From Squalus acanthias (taxonomy: Eukaryota): DNA of 64,000 bases. How positions within the stretch are numbered: position 1 is the stretch's first letter; every line of letters begins with the position of its first letter. The position numbers were made by a program, and so were the translations under genes. Location: contig CM059433.1 of NCBI GenBank assembly GCA_030390025.1, forward strand, positions 23,004,001-23,068,000. The letters are read 5' to 3'. Positions 24,743-36,777 of this stretch are shown piece after piece. Under the pieces are notes generated by a model that saw nothing but the letters and a program-made list of their open reading frames with translations, was not told the DNA's origin and ran no database searches.

Positions 24743-24996
24743 CTGGTTTGGACTCCGGTTCCGTGTGAAGGTGACAATTCTGAACTGGGAACCTCAGTCA
24801 GAGCTGATCCATACTTGGACTTCATACGTCAAAACCGGCTTGTACAGACCGACCTGAACCAAACCGAGAGATCGCACAAAGGGCAGTGGGCTCAGTGTTT
24901 GGGGCACTTCTCACGGGGCACATTGTCCTAAACTCAGCCCAGCACCAACATTTCTAAACCATTCCCTGAGCTCGGACTCGATAAAGGAGAATTTCT

Positions 24997-25340
24997 ATAG
25001 AATTATAGAAATTACAGCACAGGAGGAGGCCATTCGGCCCTCGGTGCTCTCACTCTCTCCTCCAAAAATCTTTTTATATTCCTCCTTTTCAAATATTTAT
25101 CCCCTTCCCTTTTAAATTAATTTTGAGTCTCTACCTCAATAGCCACATGTGGTGAACTATCCCACGGTTTATTAGCCCTCAGTTCAAGAACCTTCCTCCT
25201 CCCTTCCCTCTTGATTCTTCCAGTGTGAATCCTTGGCTTCCATTCCCTAGTTCCCCAATCGCTCACCAGTGGAAATAATCTTTCACTATTTACCCTCAGT
25301 AAGGTCTCCGGGTTTCACTCACCCCTTTATTGGCTGCTCC
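24997..25340 (-). mobile_element. Older CR1 3' fragment
   Basis: ATAGAA tail and ACAGCACAGGAGGAGGCCATTCGGCCC, similar to 4442-4860. Confidence 0.6.
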
Positions 25341-25524
25341 TCTCTTAGTGCTGCTCCCACTCAACATCTTTCTGCTGCTGCACCCGGTTCTGTGGGAAAT
25401 GCTGGTCCCCACACCCATTGCCAACCCATTTCACCCCCTCGCTTGAGCCCCAATCCCCTGACCACTAGGCTCCTTCTCTCCCACGGCCTCCCATCCCCTA
25501 ATTCACCATTTCTCCCCCTGAGCA

Positions 25525-28510
25525 CCCATTCTCCAGTCTCCTCTCCCCACGAGCCCCATTCGCTAGTCTTCACCTCCCCGAGACCCCATTCCCCAGTCTC
25601 CACCTCCCCGAGCCCCCATTCCTCAGTCTCCACCTCCCCGAGCCCCCATTCCCTAGTCTCCACCTCCCCGAGCCCCCATTCCTCAGTCTCCACCTCCCCG
25701 AGCCCCCATTCCCCAGTCTCCACCTCCCCGAGCCCCCATTCCTCAGTCTTCACCTCCCCGAGCCCCCATTCCCCAGTCTCCACCTCCCCGAGCCCCCATT
25801 CCCCAGTCTCCACCTCCCCGAGCCCCCATTCCTCAGTCTTCACCTCCCCGAGCCCCCATTCCACAGTCTCCACCTCCCCGAGCCCCCATTCCCCAGTCTC
25901 CACCTCCCCGAGCCCCCATTCCCCAGTCTCACCTCCCCGAGCCCCCATTCCTCAGTCTCACCTCCCCGAGCCCCCATTCCTCAGTCTTCACCTCCCCGAG
26001 CCCCCATTCCTCAGTCTTCACCTCCCCGAGCCCCATTCCCCAGTCTCCACCTCCCCGAGCCCCCATTCCCCAGTCTCCACCTCCCCGAGCCCCCATTCCT
26101 CATTCTTCACCTCCCCGAGACCCCATTCCTCAGTCTCCACCTCCCCGAGACCCCATTCCCCAGTCTCCACCTCCCCGAGACCCCATTCCCCAGTCTCCAC
26201 CTCCCCGAGCCCCCATTCCCCAGTCTCCACCTCCCCGAGCCCCCATTCCTCATTCTTCACCTCCCCGAGCCCCCATTCCCCAGTCTCCACCTCCCCGAGC
26301 CCCCATTCCTCAGTCTTCACCTCCCCGAGCCCCCATTCCCCAGTCTCCACCTCCCCGAGCCCCCATTCCCCAGTCTCCACCTCCCCGAGCCCCCATTCCC
26401 CAGTCTCCACCTCCCCGAGCCCCCATTCCTCAGTCTTCACCTCCCCGAGCCCCCATTCCCCAGTCTCCACCTCCCCGAGCCCCCATTCCTCAGTCTTCAC
26501 CTCCCCGAGCCCCCATTCCCCAGTCTCCACCTCCCCGAGACCCCATTCCCCAGTCTCCACCTCCCCGAGCCCCCATTCCCCAGTCTCCACCTCCCTGAGA
26601 CCCCATTCCCCAGTCTCCACCTCCCCGAGCCCCCATTCCTCAGTCTTCCCATCCCCGAGCCCCCATTCCCCAGTCTCCACCTCCCCGAGGCCCCATTCCT
26701 CAGTCTCCACCTCCCCGAGCCCCCATTCCCTAGTCTCCACCTCCCCGAGCCCCCATTCCCCAGTCTCCACCTCCCCAAGCCCCCATTCCTCAGTCTCTAT
26801 CTCCCCCCGAGCCCCCATTCCTCATTCTTCACCTCCCCGAGCCCCCATTCCTCAGTCTCCACCTCCCCGAGCCCCCATTCCCCAGTCTCCACCTCCCCGA
26901 GCCCCCATTCCCCAGTCTCCACCTCCCCGAGCCCCCATTCCTCATTCTTCACCTCCCCGAGCCCCCATTCCCCAGTCTCCACCTCCCCGAGCCCCCATTC
27001 CGCAGTCTCTATCTCCCCCCGAGCCCATTCCCCAGTCTCCACCTCCCCGAGACCCCATTCCTCAGTCTTCACCTCCCCGAGACCCCATTCCCCAGTCTCT
27101 ATCTCCCCCCAAGCCCCCATTCCTCAGTCTCCACCTCCCCGAGACCCCATTCCTCAGTCTCCACCTCCCTGAGACCCCATTCCCCAGTCTCCACCTCCCC
27201 GAGACCCCATTCCTCAGTCTCCACCTCCCTGAGACCCCATTCCCCAGTCTCCACCTCCCCGAGACCCCATTCCTCAGTCTCCACCTCCCTGAGACCCCAT
27301 TCCCCAGTCTCCACCTCCCCGAGACCCCATTCCTCAGTCTCCACCTCCCTGAGACCCCATTCCCCAGTCTCCACCTCCTCGAGACCCCATTCCTCAGTCT
27401 CCACCTCCCTGAGACCCCATTCCCCAGTCTCCACCTCCCCGAGACCCCATTCCTCAGTCTCCACCTCCCTGAGACCCCATTCCCCAGTCTCTATCTCCCC
27501 CCGAGCCCATTCCTCAGTCTCCACCTCCCCGAGACCCCATTCCCCAGTCTCCACCTCCCTGAGACCCCATTCCTCAGTCTTCACCTCCCTGAGACCCCAT
27601 TCCCCAGTCTCCACCTCCCCGAGACCCCATTCCTCAGTCTCCACCTCCCTGAGACCCCATTCCCCAGTCTCTATCTCCCCCCGAGCCCATTCCTCAGTCT
27701 CCACCTCCCCGAGACCCCATTCCCCAGTCTCCACCTCCCTGAGACCCCATTCCTCAGTCTCCACCTCCCTGAGACCCCAGTCTCCACCTCCCCGAGACCC
27801 CATTCCTCAGTCTCCACCTCCCTGAGACCCCATTCCCCAGTCTCCACCTCCCCGAGACCCCATTCCTCAGTCTCCACCTCCCCGAGACCCCATTCCTCAG
27901 TCTCCACCTCCCCAAGACCCCATTCCCCAGTCTCCACCTCCCCGAGACCCCATTCCTCAGTCTCCACCTCCCTGAGACCCCATTCCTCAGTCTCCACCTC
28001 CCCGAGACCCCATTCCTCAGTCTCCACCTCCCCGAGACCCCATTCCTCAGTCTCCACCTCCCCGAGACCCCATTCCTCAGTCTCCACCTCCCCGAGACCC
28101 CATTCCTCAGTCTCCACCTCCCTGAGACCCCATTCCCCAGTCTCCACCTCCCCGAGCCCCCATTCCCCAGTCTCTATCTCCCCCCCCGAGCCCCCATTCC
28201 CCAGTCTCTATCTCCCTCCCCGAGACCCCATTCCTCAGTCTCCACCTCCCTGAGACCCCATTCCTCAGTCTCCACCTCCCTGAGACCCCATTCCCCAGTC
28301 TCCACCTCCCCGAGCCCCCATTCCCAGTCTCTATCTCCCCCCCCGAGCCCCCATTCCCCAGTCTCTATCTCCCCCTCCCGAGCCCCCATTCCCTAGTGTC
28401 CATCTCTCCTGAGTCCCCATTCCTCAGTCTCCATCTCACCCGAGCCCACATTCCCAGTCTCCATCTCTCCAGTGAGCCCCCATTCCTCAGTCTCCATCTT
28501 TTCCCCCGAT
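25525..28510. repeat. 30-bp GC-rich minisatellite (~100 units)
   Basis: Unit CCCATTCCCCAGTCTCCACCTCCCCGAG(C/A)C with variants; explains all long low-complexity ORFs here. Confidence 0.97.
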
Positions 28511-29051
28511 TCCAAATGAACACGTGCAATTCCCGAGCCTCCCGATTCCCAAGCCTGCCGATTTCCGACTCTCCAGCCCTCTGCCAACTGCGCTTCATGT
28601 GGTCGCGGCTCTCTGCGGCGGTGGTCGGGCGTCATCACCAAGCCTGCGGCTTTAACAGTAGCGGTGATGTCGTGGAGCGAGGGGGGGATGGGCACTGCGG
28701 CAGTAAATTTAATTTGATCTTCCGGCCTGCTGGAGGCAGAGCTCGGAAGAGGTATCCTCGATTCCGGGAAACTCCCAGTCATTCCAGAAGGGTTGGGTAC
28801 CCTAAAATCTAGTGGACAGGTACAGAAAGTAATTAAAAAGGCTAACTGAGCCTTCGTCTCCAGGCGGCTGGAGTACAAAGGGGTGGAAGTTATGCTACAG
28901 TTGTATAAAGCTCTGGTTAAACCACAGCTGGAGTACTGTGTTCAGTTCTGGACACCGCACCTCAGGAAGGATATGCTGGCCTTGGAGTGGGTGCAGCACA
29001 GATTCACCAGAATGATACCGGGTCTAAAAGGGATAAATTATGAGGACAGGT

Positions 29052-29277
29052 TGACATGAATCTGTCATTCATGAAAGAAAGACTTATGAAATAATACTGA
29101 GTGGCCTGCGGGTGGCGCTGTCCAGGGAGAGTATAAATACTCGGGCACGGGCCCAGCTTGCGCAGGACATTCTTAACAGGAACTATGAAGGACACAACTA
29201 GACCTCCATGTTGTAAAACAGTTGATTAAAGCTTTGTTTAACGCCTACACCAAGTGCCTAGTAGTTTTCTTACGTCA
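29052..29277 (+). mobile_element. Short solo LTR (226 bp)
   Basis: TGAC...GTCA termini; 5-bp TSD CAGGT at 29047-29051 and 29278-29282; TATAAA at 29132, ATTAAA at 29225. Confidence 0.8.
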
Positions 29278-29400
29278 CAGGTTGCATAGACTAGTCTTGG
29301 ATTCCCTCGAGTATAGAAGATTAAGGGGTGAACTAATTGAGGTATTTAAGACGATTTAGGAATTTGATTGGGGAGATAGAGAGAAACTATTTCCTCTGTT

Positions 29401-29785
29401 TATCTCATTGAAACATAAGATTCTGAGGGGGATTGACAGGGTAGATGCTGAGAGGTTACTTCCCCTGGCTGGAGAGCCTGGAACTAGGGGGCATAGTCTC
29501 AGGATAAGGGGTCGGCCATTTAAGACTGAGATGAGGAGGAATTTCTTCACTCAGAGGGTTGTGAATCTTTGGAATTCTCTACCTCAAAGGACTGTGGAGG
29601 CTGAATCGTTGAGTATATTCAAGGCTGAGATAGATAGATTTTTGGACTCTTGGGGAATCAAGGGATATAGGGATCGGGAGGGAAAGTGGAGTTGAGGTCG
29701 AAGATCAGCCATGATCTTATTGAATGGCGGAGCAGGCACGAGGGGCCATAGGCCAACTCCTGCTCCTAATTCTCATGTTCTTATG
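29401..29785 (+). mobile_element. Nested CR1 3' fragment
   Basis: KILRGIDRVDAE..RRNFFTQRVVNLWNSLP with its own TTCTTATG tail, inside the older CR1. Confidence 0.85.
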
Positions 29786-30593
29786 GTGGGGGAGCCCAGA
29801 AACAAGAGGGCAAAACCTTAAAATTAGAGCTAGGCCAATCAGGGGTGATGTCAGGAAGCACTTCTTCACACAAAGGGTAGTGGAAATTTGGAAATCTCTC
29901 CCACAAAAAGCTGTTGAGGCTGCGGGTCAGTTGAAAATTTCAAAACTGAGATTGATAGATTTTTGTTGGGCAAGAGTATAAAGGGTTACGGAACCAAGGT
30001 GCATAGATGGAGCCAAGATACAGATCAGCCGTGATCTAATTGAATGGCGGAACAGGCTCGAGGGGCTGAATGACCCACTCCTGTTCCAATGTTCCTATGT
30101 CAGTTGAAACAAATGACCTCGTGTTTTTCCAAGGAGCTAAAAGCCGTGTATTGAATAATTTAATATAACTGAGCTGTTTAGTGAGTCTGTTGAACCCACA
30201 CACGGTCGAGAACAAAGGTTAAATGCAGTCTGACAGGAGTTCATAGGAAGGTTACATTAAATATTTAGTTTTGTGTTCAGCAGAAACTTTCCCCTAGCTT
30301 TGGATATAGTATAAAATACCCAATGGCTTATTAAATAGCAGCAGATGCTCCAACAGGTAATTCACTTTTTCTACAATACTTCATTTGAGTTCATGAATTA
30401 CAGACACGTATCAGAGCCTACACCAGATTGGCCCATAACCTTCCTTTAGAATTGTCTGCATTTTGTTGGCTCTGTATTAAATCCAAGACAGAGAGAAGGA
30501 ATCTCTCAAAGTATTATATAAATATCACTCTTCTCCTCCAGCAGACTTAGCGTCATTAGAAACCAATCTACGTTGTAACAGTTTGATACAACG

Positions 30594-30812
30594 AAGTGGT
30601 TTGCTAGGCCACTTCCGAGGGCAGTTAAGTGTCATTCATGTTGGTGTGGGACTGCAGCCAGGTTTCCTTCCCTAAAGCACATTAGTGAACCAGTTGGGAT
30701 TTCAACAACAATCCGATAGCTTCATGGTCACCATTACTGATTCCAGCTTTTTATTTTCAGATTTCTTTTAACTGAATTCAAATTCTCAAATGGCCATGGT
30801 GGGAATTGAACC
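30594..30812 (-). mobile_element. MetaSINE-like fragment
   Basis: Similar to 18930-19170 (TTTCCTTCCCTAAAG..CATTAGTGAACC). Confidence 0.7.
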
Positions 30813-31099
30813 TGTGCCGAGAAACTTGAGTGCGCCCACAAATGGGCACAGAGGGGATGCTGAGATCAATTCCCATGCCTGAAGGGAGGGGCCCAAGGTG
30901 CCTTGGGCATCGTTATCATCCAGCCGGCAAGCTGCAGACACCTGATAGGCGTTCTCAGGCAGCAAAGAGGACTGGAAGATCAGGCCGATGCTGAGCTGTA
31001 GCAGCCCTCTGGTAAATCCTTAAAGGGGACTGGGGAGGGTGCAAGATCGATAAGGGGGAGGTGACCAGGTCGTGAGGATAGGTGACCGGGTCAGGAGGG

Positions 31100-31720
31100 T
31101 AGAGGTAGTCATGAGGGAGGATAACAGTGGTTGGGATGGATGGTAGCGGTGGTCGGGAGGGTAGCGGTGGTCGGGAGGAAGGGAATTGATGGTCAGAAGG
31201 GAGGGTAGCAGTGGTCGGGAGGGACGGTAGCGGTGGTCGGGAGGGACGGTAGCGGTGGTCGGGAGGGAGGGAACTGGTGGTCAGGAGGGAGGGAACTGGT
31301 GGTCGGGAGAGAGGGAATTGATGGTCAGGAGGGAGGCTAGCAGTGGTCAGAAGGGAGGGTAGTAATGGTCGGGAGGGAGGGAACTGGTGGTCGGGAGGGA
31401 AGGTAGCAGTGGTCGGAAGGGAGGGTAGCGATGGTCAGAAGGGATGGTAGCGATGGTCGGGAGGGAACTGGTAGTCAGGAGGGAGGGTAGCAGTGGTCAG
31501 TGTAATAGAGCCACCTGGTGGACTACTGATGTATATAATAATAAAGCCATATGCAGTACAGTTCTTACCTGGAAGCCATGTTGTGCTGTTGTATATATAT
31601 GCTGTGTCCCAAGATATCACAGTCGGAAGGGAGGGTAGCGGTGGTCGGCAGGGAGGGGATTGGTGGTCGGGAGGGAGGCAGGGATGGGGGGCTGGTAACC
31701 GCGATGATCGGGAGGAGTGG
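31100..31720. repeat. Degenerate G-rich tandem repeat (~21-23 bp)
   Basis: Units GGGAGGGAGGGTAGCGGTGGTC and GGGAGGGAGGGAACTGGTGGTC. Confidence 0.85.
31501..31621 (+). mobile_element. Very short solo LTR (121 bp)
   Basis: TGTAAT...ATCACA termini; TSD GTCAG/GTCGG; TATATA at 31532, AATAAA at 31540; interrupts the tandem repeat. Confidence 0.7.
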
Positions 31721-32510
31721 TGGCCAACATCAACCCGCGTACTTTTAATGTGGTGTCGGGAGGTGCACTCCTGCTCCTGATCACACACTTGTGGACCCAA
31801 TTATGATGCAGCGTCTGAAGGCCAATGTCGCAACTTCCATTGCAGCACAAGCAGCAGCCATCTAATGTCTGAGTGCTACAGTGGAAGCTCAGACTGTTGT
31901 CATGCAAGCTCAGACTGCTGTCATCATGACTGGATTACAGTTTTCAAAGGGGCTTGCAGGGTGTCACAGCAGTCCAGCAATCTGTCCTCCAACAGATGAC
32001 TAGGATTGTTGAGGCGCCGCCCCAGGGGAGTGGCAGCGTCTCTCAGGAAAACAGCATTTATGCTCCCACCCCGGCCACTCCGCCAGTGCCCTTGCTATTG
32101 CCTATCAGCCAGCCAGCCTAGACTGCTGACCCCCCATGCAAAGATGGTGCAGTCCATAGCCAGGCCTTCTAGGCCCAGAGATGCTCGAGGTCGTCCTCCA
32201 AGGCCATCTGCAGTCTCCTCCACTGAAAGTCAGCAGCCTTCCACCAGCCATGCTACAGCCACTGCTTAGAAGAACTGGGACAGGCAAAGGCACACGAAGA
32301 TAGGCACGAAGAGAATGCACAAGGGTGATTAGTTGACATTTGTATGAAATATGGCATGGTTTCATTTATAAATTCGGTTTGGAATGTTTAATTTGTGGTG
32401 GCTTTTATTTTTGCATTGTGGCCAAGTGGACGCTGTGATGGTCAGTAACAGAGGGAAGGTAAGGTGTGGGATGGTTGGTGAATGGGGAATTGGGGTTGCG
32501 GTTACTGGTA

Positions 32511-33664
32511 TCACACTCGACTTAGCTCTTCACGGACAGCCCGGGCAGAAAGGGGCTGTCTAGGTTGCCTCCTCGCTTCCCCTTCTTCTTCCTCTTCCTC
32601 TTCCTCCTCCTCCTCCTCATGCTCCTGCTCCACAGCTGGTGGTTGCCGTATAGCTGGTGGCAAGGGCTGTCCCCTCATGATGGCGAGGATGTGCAGCATG
32701 TAGCAGATCACCAGGAATCTTGACACCCGCTCTGCCGAGTACTGCAGGGCTCCTCCAGTGCGGTCCAGGCAGCGGAAGCGTTGTTTCAGCATGCCAATGG
32801 TCTGCTCTATCACATTTCGTGTGGCAGCATGGCTTTCATTGTATGCATGGTGCGCATGTGCGTGGGTTGCACACTGGAGTCATGAGCCATGTCATTAGAG
32901 GAAAGCCCTTGTCGCCCAGTAGCCACTCTTTGGTTTGCCATGGTGGCTCAAATGCATCGAGCACAGTGGACTGCCGCAGAATGAAGGCATCATGACTGCT
33001 GCCAGGACACTGGGCATTGGCCTGCATGATTCGCTGCCAATGGTTGCACACCAGCTGGACGTTGAGGGAGTGGAATCCCTTTCAGTTCTGGTGTGTGGCA
33101 GAGCTGACATGCAGTGGCCGCAAAGCGATGTGCGTGCAGTCAATGGCACCCTGCACCATGGGGAAGCCTGAAATCCTCGCAAAGCCATGTGCTCGCTCTG
33201 CCTGCTGCTCTCTGGCCAGAGAGAATGAAATGTAGTCAGCTCTCTTTGGATAGAGAGCCTCAGTGACCTCCCTTACATAACAGTGGACAGCAAACTACGA
33301 AATGTTGCAAATATCTCCAGCTCCAGCCTGGAAGGAGCCCGACGCATAAAAGTTCCTTGCCATGGTCACCTTCACAGCCACTAGCAATGCGGTCCTCGCC
33401 CTGCTCTCAGGTTGCAGTTGTGGCTGCAGCAGGTGGCAGATTTCAGTGAGGACATCCTTACTGAAGCGCAGACATCTCACACATTGTTCCTCGCTGAGGT
33501 TCAGGTGGGAGAATTGCTCCCTGAACACCCTGGGTGGATATGGCTTTCTGCTGAGAGCCCTTCTCCCCCTCCTCCTCCTCCCTCTTCTGTCCTGCTCTGC
33601 ATGGCCTCTGCTCTTTTTCCCAGTCATGCTGTATTCCAAAGGGAATGCCTACTCATGCACCCAT
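32511..33664 (-). pseudogene. Harbinger DDE transposase, frameshifted
   Basis: [56 protein letters not shown], poly-E tail. Confidence 0.92.
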
Positions 33665-35457
33665 GTCTGGGAGCAATTGGTTTGTGCAGAGGCCTTGAAG
33701 TCAGCAAAAAGTACTTCAGCACCTGCCGCATCACTCCCTGGAGACTTTTGCAACTTGAAAGAACTATGGAAAGCACCAAACACTTGTAGAGTCGTAGGAA
33801 CAGCCAGAAGAAATCATCCAGCAACTAACCTGTAAGTAGTTGATGATCCCTTTAAATATCCCGCTCTCTGTGGATATGGCCTCCAGTTCAGCGCCTTCCT
33901 CGTCCCCCTGTTGGCAGCTTCTGCTGCTCTGTAATGTCTTCCTTGCTGCTTCCCCTCGTTTTCCAGCCCCTAAGGCTATGAGACCACCCATGTCTGCAGC
34001 CAGACTATTTCTCAGGCAATGAGCAGCAACAGTGCAAGAGCAGCAAAACCTCTCTCTGTGTCGACAAAGTGAACTCTCCAGTGATACAGCACAGTAGAAA
34101 ACACCTTGAAGTCAAGCAGCCAGAAATGATCAACCAGCAACTAACTTGTAAATCCTGCACGAACCCTTTTCAATATTGCTGGTGAGGGGTCCTTCCTGGC
34201 AGTTAGTGCCACATTCTGCTGAGCGGGGTCAGCAGGTGGTGAGTTAAGTGCTGGGGCGAACGAAAATGGGAAACGGGTCCTGCAAGAAACTCAGGACCCT
34301 AATTAAAGTATATTATTCTCTACTTAGAATGATGCCAGCGTGCGCTCCTGCCACTAACGCAACCTCCTATACCAGTGTGGCGGGCGGCGCACCTCCGGCC
34401 AGAAGTGTGCACGCGCATCCTGCCTGGCCTTAGTAACGGGCACCGCGCGGCCAGATTTCTAGGCCATTATATTTAAAACGTGGCTCTTTACAAGTATACA
34501 ACTTTGTTTACTGGCTCGTGAACTTTGAAAGGATGGGCACCTCTGGTCCAGGACTTTGTAATCTTGGGCAAATTGCTTTGTTGGTTCCTCCTTTGAGGCA
34601 AACGAGGAAAATGGCCAGGTTATGTTTCCATACTAATTACTCTTTCTAAAATTAAAAAAATGTATTACTTATACATGAAGCATTCTGTGCTTGTGAGCAC
34701 GGCCTCACCCCTGAATGCATCGGCAAACTATTTTTAAACCTCTTGCTCGGGGAAGTTTATTATTTAGCAGGTATTCTGGGGACAGTTGAGGACTGTGGAG
34801 GCACCGAGGAATAATCTCATCAGGGGCTCAGTCAGCTGTGCCAACTTTCCATTAGTTGAAAATAATGTAGTGCATTCTGACCCCGCATGCTCTGTGCTAT
34901 TCTACACCATTTCTAATTCACTCACATAAATATTCCATTCATTTCCATAGTCATGTAGCAAGTTGATACTTCAGGATGTGATTTTTTTTTTCTGGTACCT
35001 ACGAGTAGATTTCACATAGCATTGCTCACAATGAGTCACAGGTGTGCGCAGGGCGCAATGTATTTTAATGAACATAAGAACATAAGAAATAGGAGCAGGA
35101 GTAGGCCATTCGGCCCCTCGAGCAACAGAGTTATGGATGAGCTCAGGATTTCGGAGGGTGCAAGGTGGGAGGTCATTCTTTCGTGCTACTTGCTGATTAA
35201 TATGTTCCCTACCTGTTCAGCTGTGATTTGTTGGAATATTAGGACTGTGAAATTAAGTAAATCAGAAGCAAATGTGACACAGAAACTTGCAAATATGGAC
35301 CAAAATTTGACGGACAAGTAAGAGCATGCCAGATACAATAGGATAGAACTTCCACAGTGGTCCCACATCTCCTGCCATAAGCGGCTGTTTATACCATTTC
35401 TCCAGGGTTTCCACCAAAGTTGTGGTGGGAGATTGGGAGAACCCCTTCGGATTTCCC

Positions 35458-35800
35458 AGGCTGCACTGTCGCAGGTACTGTCTTTTGGATGAGACATTAA
35501 ATCGAGGCCCTGCCTGCCCTCTCAAGTGGACGTAAAAGATCCCATGGCACTATTTCGAAGAAGAGCAGGGGAGATCTCCCCGGTGTCCCAATATTCATCC
35601 CTAAACTAACACCACTAAAACAGATTCCCTGGTCCTTATCGCATTGCTGTTTGTGGGAGCTTGCTGTGCACAAACTGGCGGCCGCGTTTCCTACATTACA
35701 ACAATAACTACACTTCAAGAAATAGCTCATTGGCTGTAAAGCACTTTGAAATGTCATGAGGTGATGAAAGGCGCTATAGAAACACAAGCCTTTCTTTTCA
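35458..35800 (+). mobile_element. DeuSINE-like SINE, headless 3' part
   Basis: GTGGACGTAAAAGATCCCATGGCACT..TTGCTGTGCACAAACTGGC..GGCGCTATAGAAA; matches 1-220 and 1271-1449. Confidence 0.8.
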
Positions 35801-36007
35801 CTACTAGTACTGTTACTAATATACCTACTACTAGTACTAATACTACAGCAGCTTGCATTTGTAGAGAGGCTTTAACATACAAAAAACATGTGAAGGGTCT
35901 GCTTGGGCCAGACGGATGCTGGAGATGGGCCGTAGTGTCACAGGAGCATGGCAGCCACTGCTAAAAGAGGTTCCTTTCTGCTAACTCCACAGTCAGCAAA
36001 GGGTAGC

Positions 36008-36487
36008 ATAGAAACATAGAAAAATAAGAGCAGGACTAGGTCATTCGGCCCTTCGAGCCTGCTCCGCCATTCAATATGATCATGGCTGATCTTCTATCTC
36101 AATACCATATTCCCGCTCTCTCCCCATACCCCTTGATGCCTTTTGTGTCTAGAAATCTATCTATCTCCTTCTTAAATATATTCAGTGACTTGGCCTCCAC
36201 AGCCTTCTGTGGTAGAGAATTTCACAGGTTCACCACCCTCTGAGTGAAGAAATTTCTCCTCATCTCAGTCCTAAATGTCCTACCCCGTATCCTGAGACTG
36301 TGACCCCTCGTTCTAGACCCCCCAGCCAGGGGAAACATCCTCCCTGCATCCAGTCTGTCTAGCCCTGTCAGAATTTTATACGTTTCAATGAGATCCCCTC
36401 TCATTCTTCTAAACTCTAGTGAATACAGGCCTTGCCGACCCAATCTCTCCCCATACGACAGTCCTGCCATCCCAGGAATCAGTCTGG
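36008..36487 (-). mobile_element. CR1 LINE 3' fragment (same subfamily as 17845-18420)
   Basis: LIPGMAGLSYGERLG..RRNFFTQRVVNL; CATAGAAA tail. Confidence 0.92.
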
Positions 36488-36777
36488 CGTACCGAGCAGA
36501 TGGTACAATCCTGGCAGTTACACCGGGATCATGACCCGCAAAGGTCACATTTCAGTTACTGAGGATGAAAGTGGTGGCTGAAAGGATTTTGAATATTTTT
36601 GGGGAAGAGATTTGACTGGCCCAGATTCTGGCCCTTGCATTATTTGTAGATTCTGATTGTATTTTGTAGCTATTAAGCTGTGTCTAGTGGAGTATGAAAT
36701 TTGAACAAATCAAAAAGTGTAACACCAAAGTGCAAGTGAGTCAAAAAAGCTGACACTGAAATGGGATACAGAAAGTA

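Larger units (their letters stand above)
22694..28804. mobile_element. 6.1 kb block bounded by hAT-like TIRs, inserted in a CR1
   Basis: TAGGGTTGCCAA at 22694 and TTGGGTACCCTA ending 28804 (10/12 inverted match); CR1 RT sequence resumes after the block; no clean 8-bp TSD. Confidence 0.55.
28805..30100 (+). mobile_element. CR1 3' part (continuation of 22385-22693) with nested LTR and nested CR1
   Basis: GQVQKVIKKAN..LYKALVKPQLEYCVQFW; 3' UTR ending TTCCTATGT at ~30100. Confidence 0.85.
30815..34465. mobile_element. Rearranged Harbinger transposon (transposase on minus, Myb-gene 3' part on plus)
   Basis: Right terminus AGATTTCTAGGCC; 31790-32330 resembles the last Myb exon of the 8900 element (GVTAVQQSVLQ); left boundary uncertain. 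Confidence 0.75.

Noticed and set aside
25269..28253. 994-aa Ser/Pro-rich ORF and the antisense EWGLGEVET ORFs
   Set aside because: By-product of a stop-free 30-bp tandem unit; the frame drifts at indels and starts inside an old CR1 fragment
25525..28510. CRISPR array
   Set aside because: Contiguous repeats without unique spacers; no cas genes; eukaryotic context
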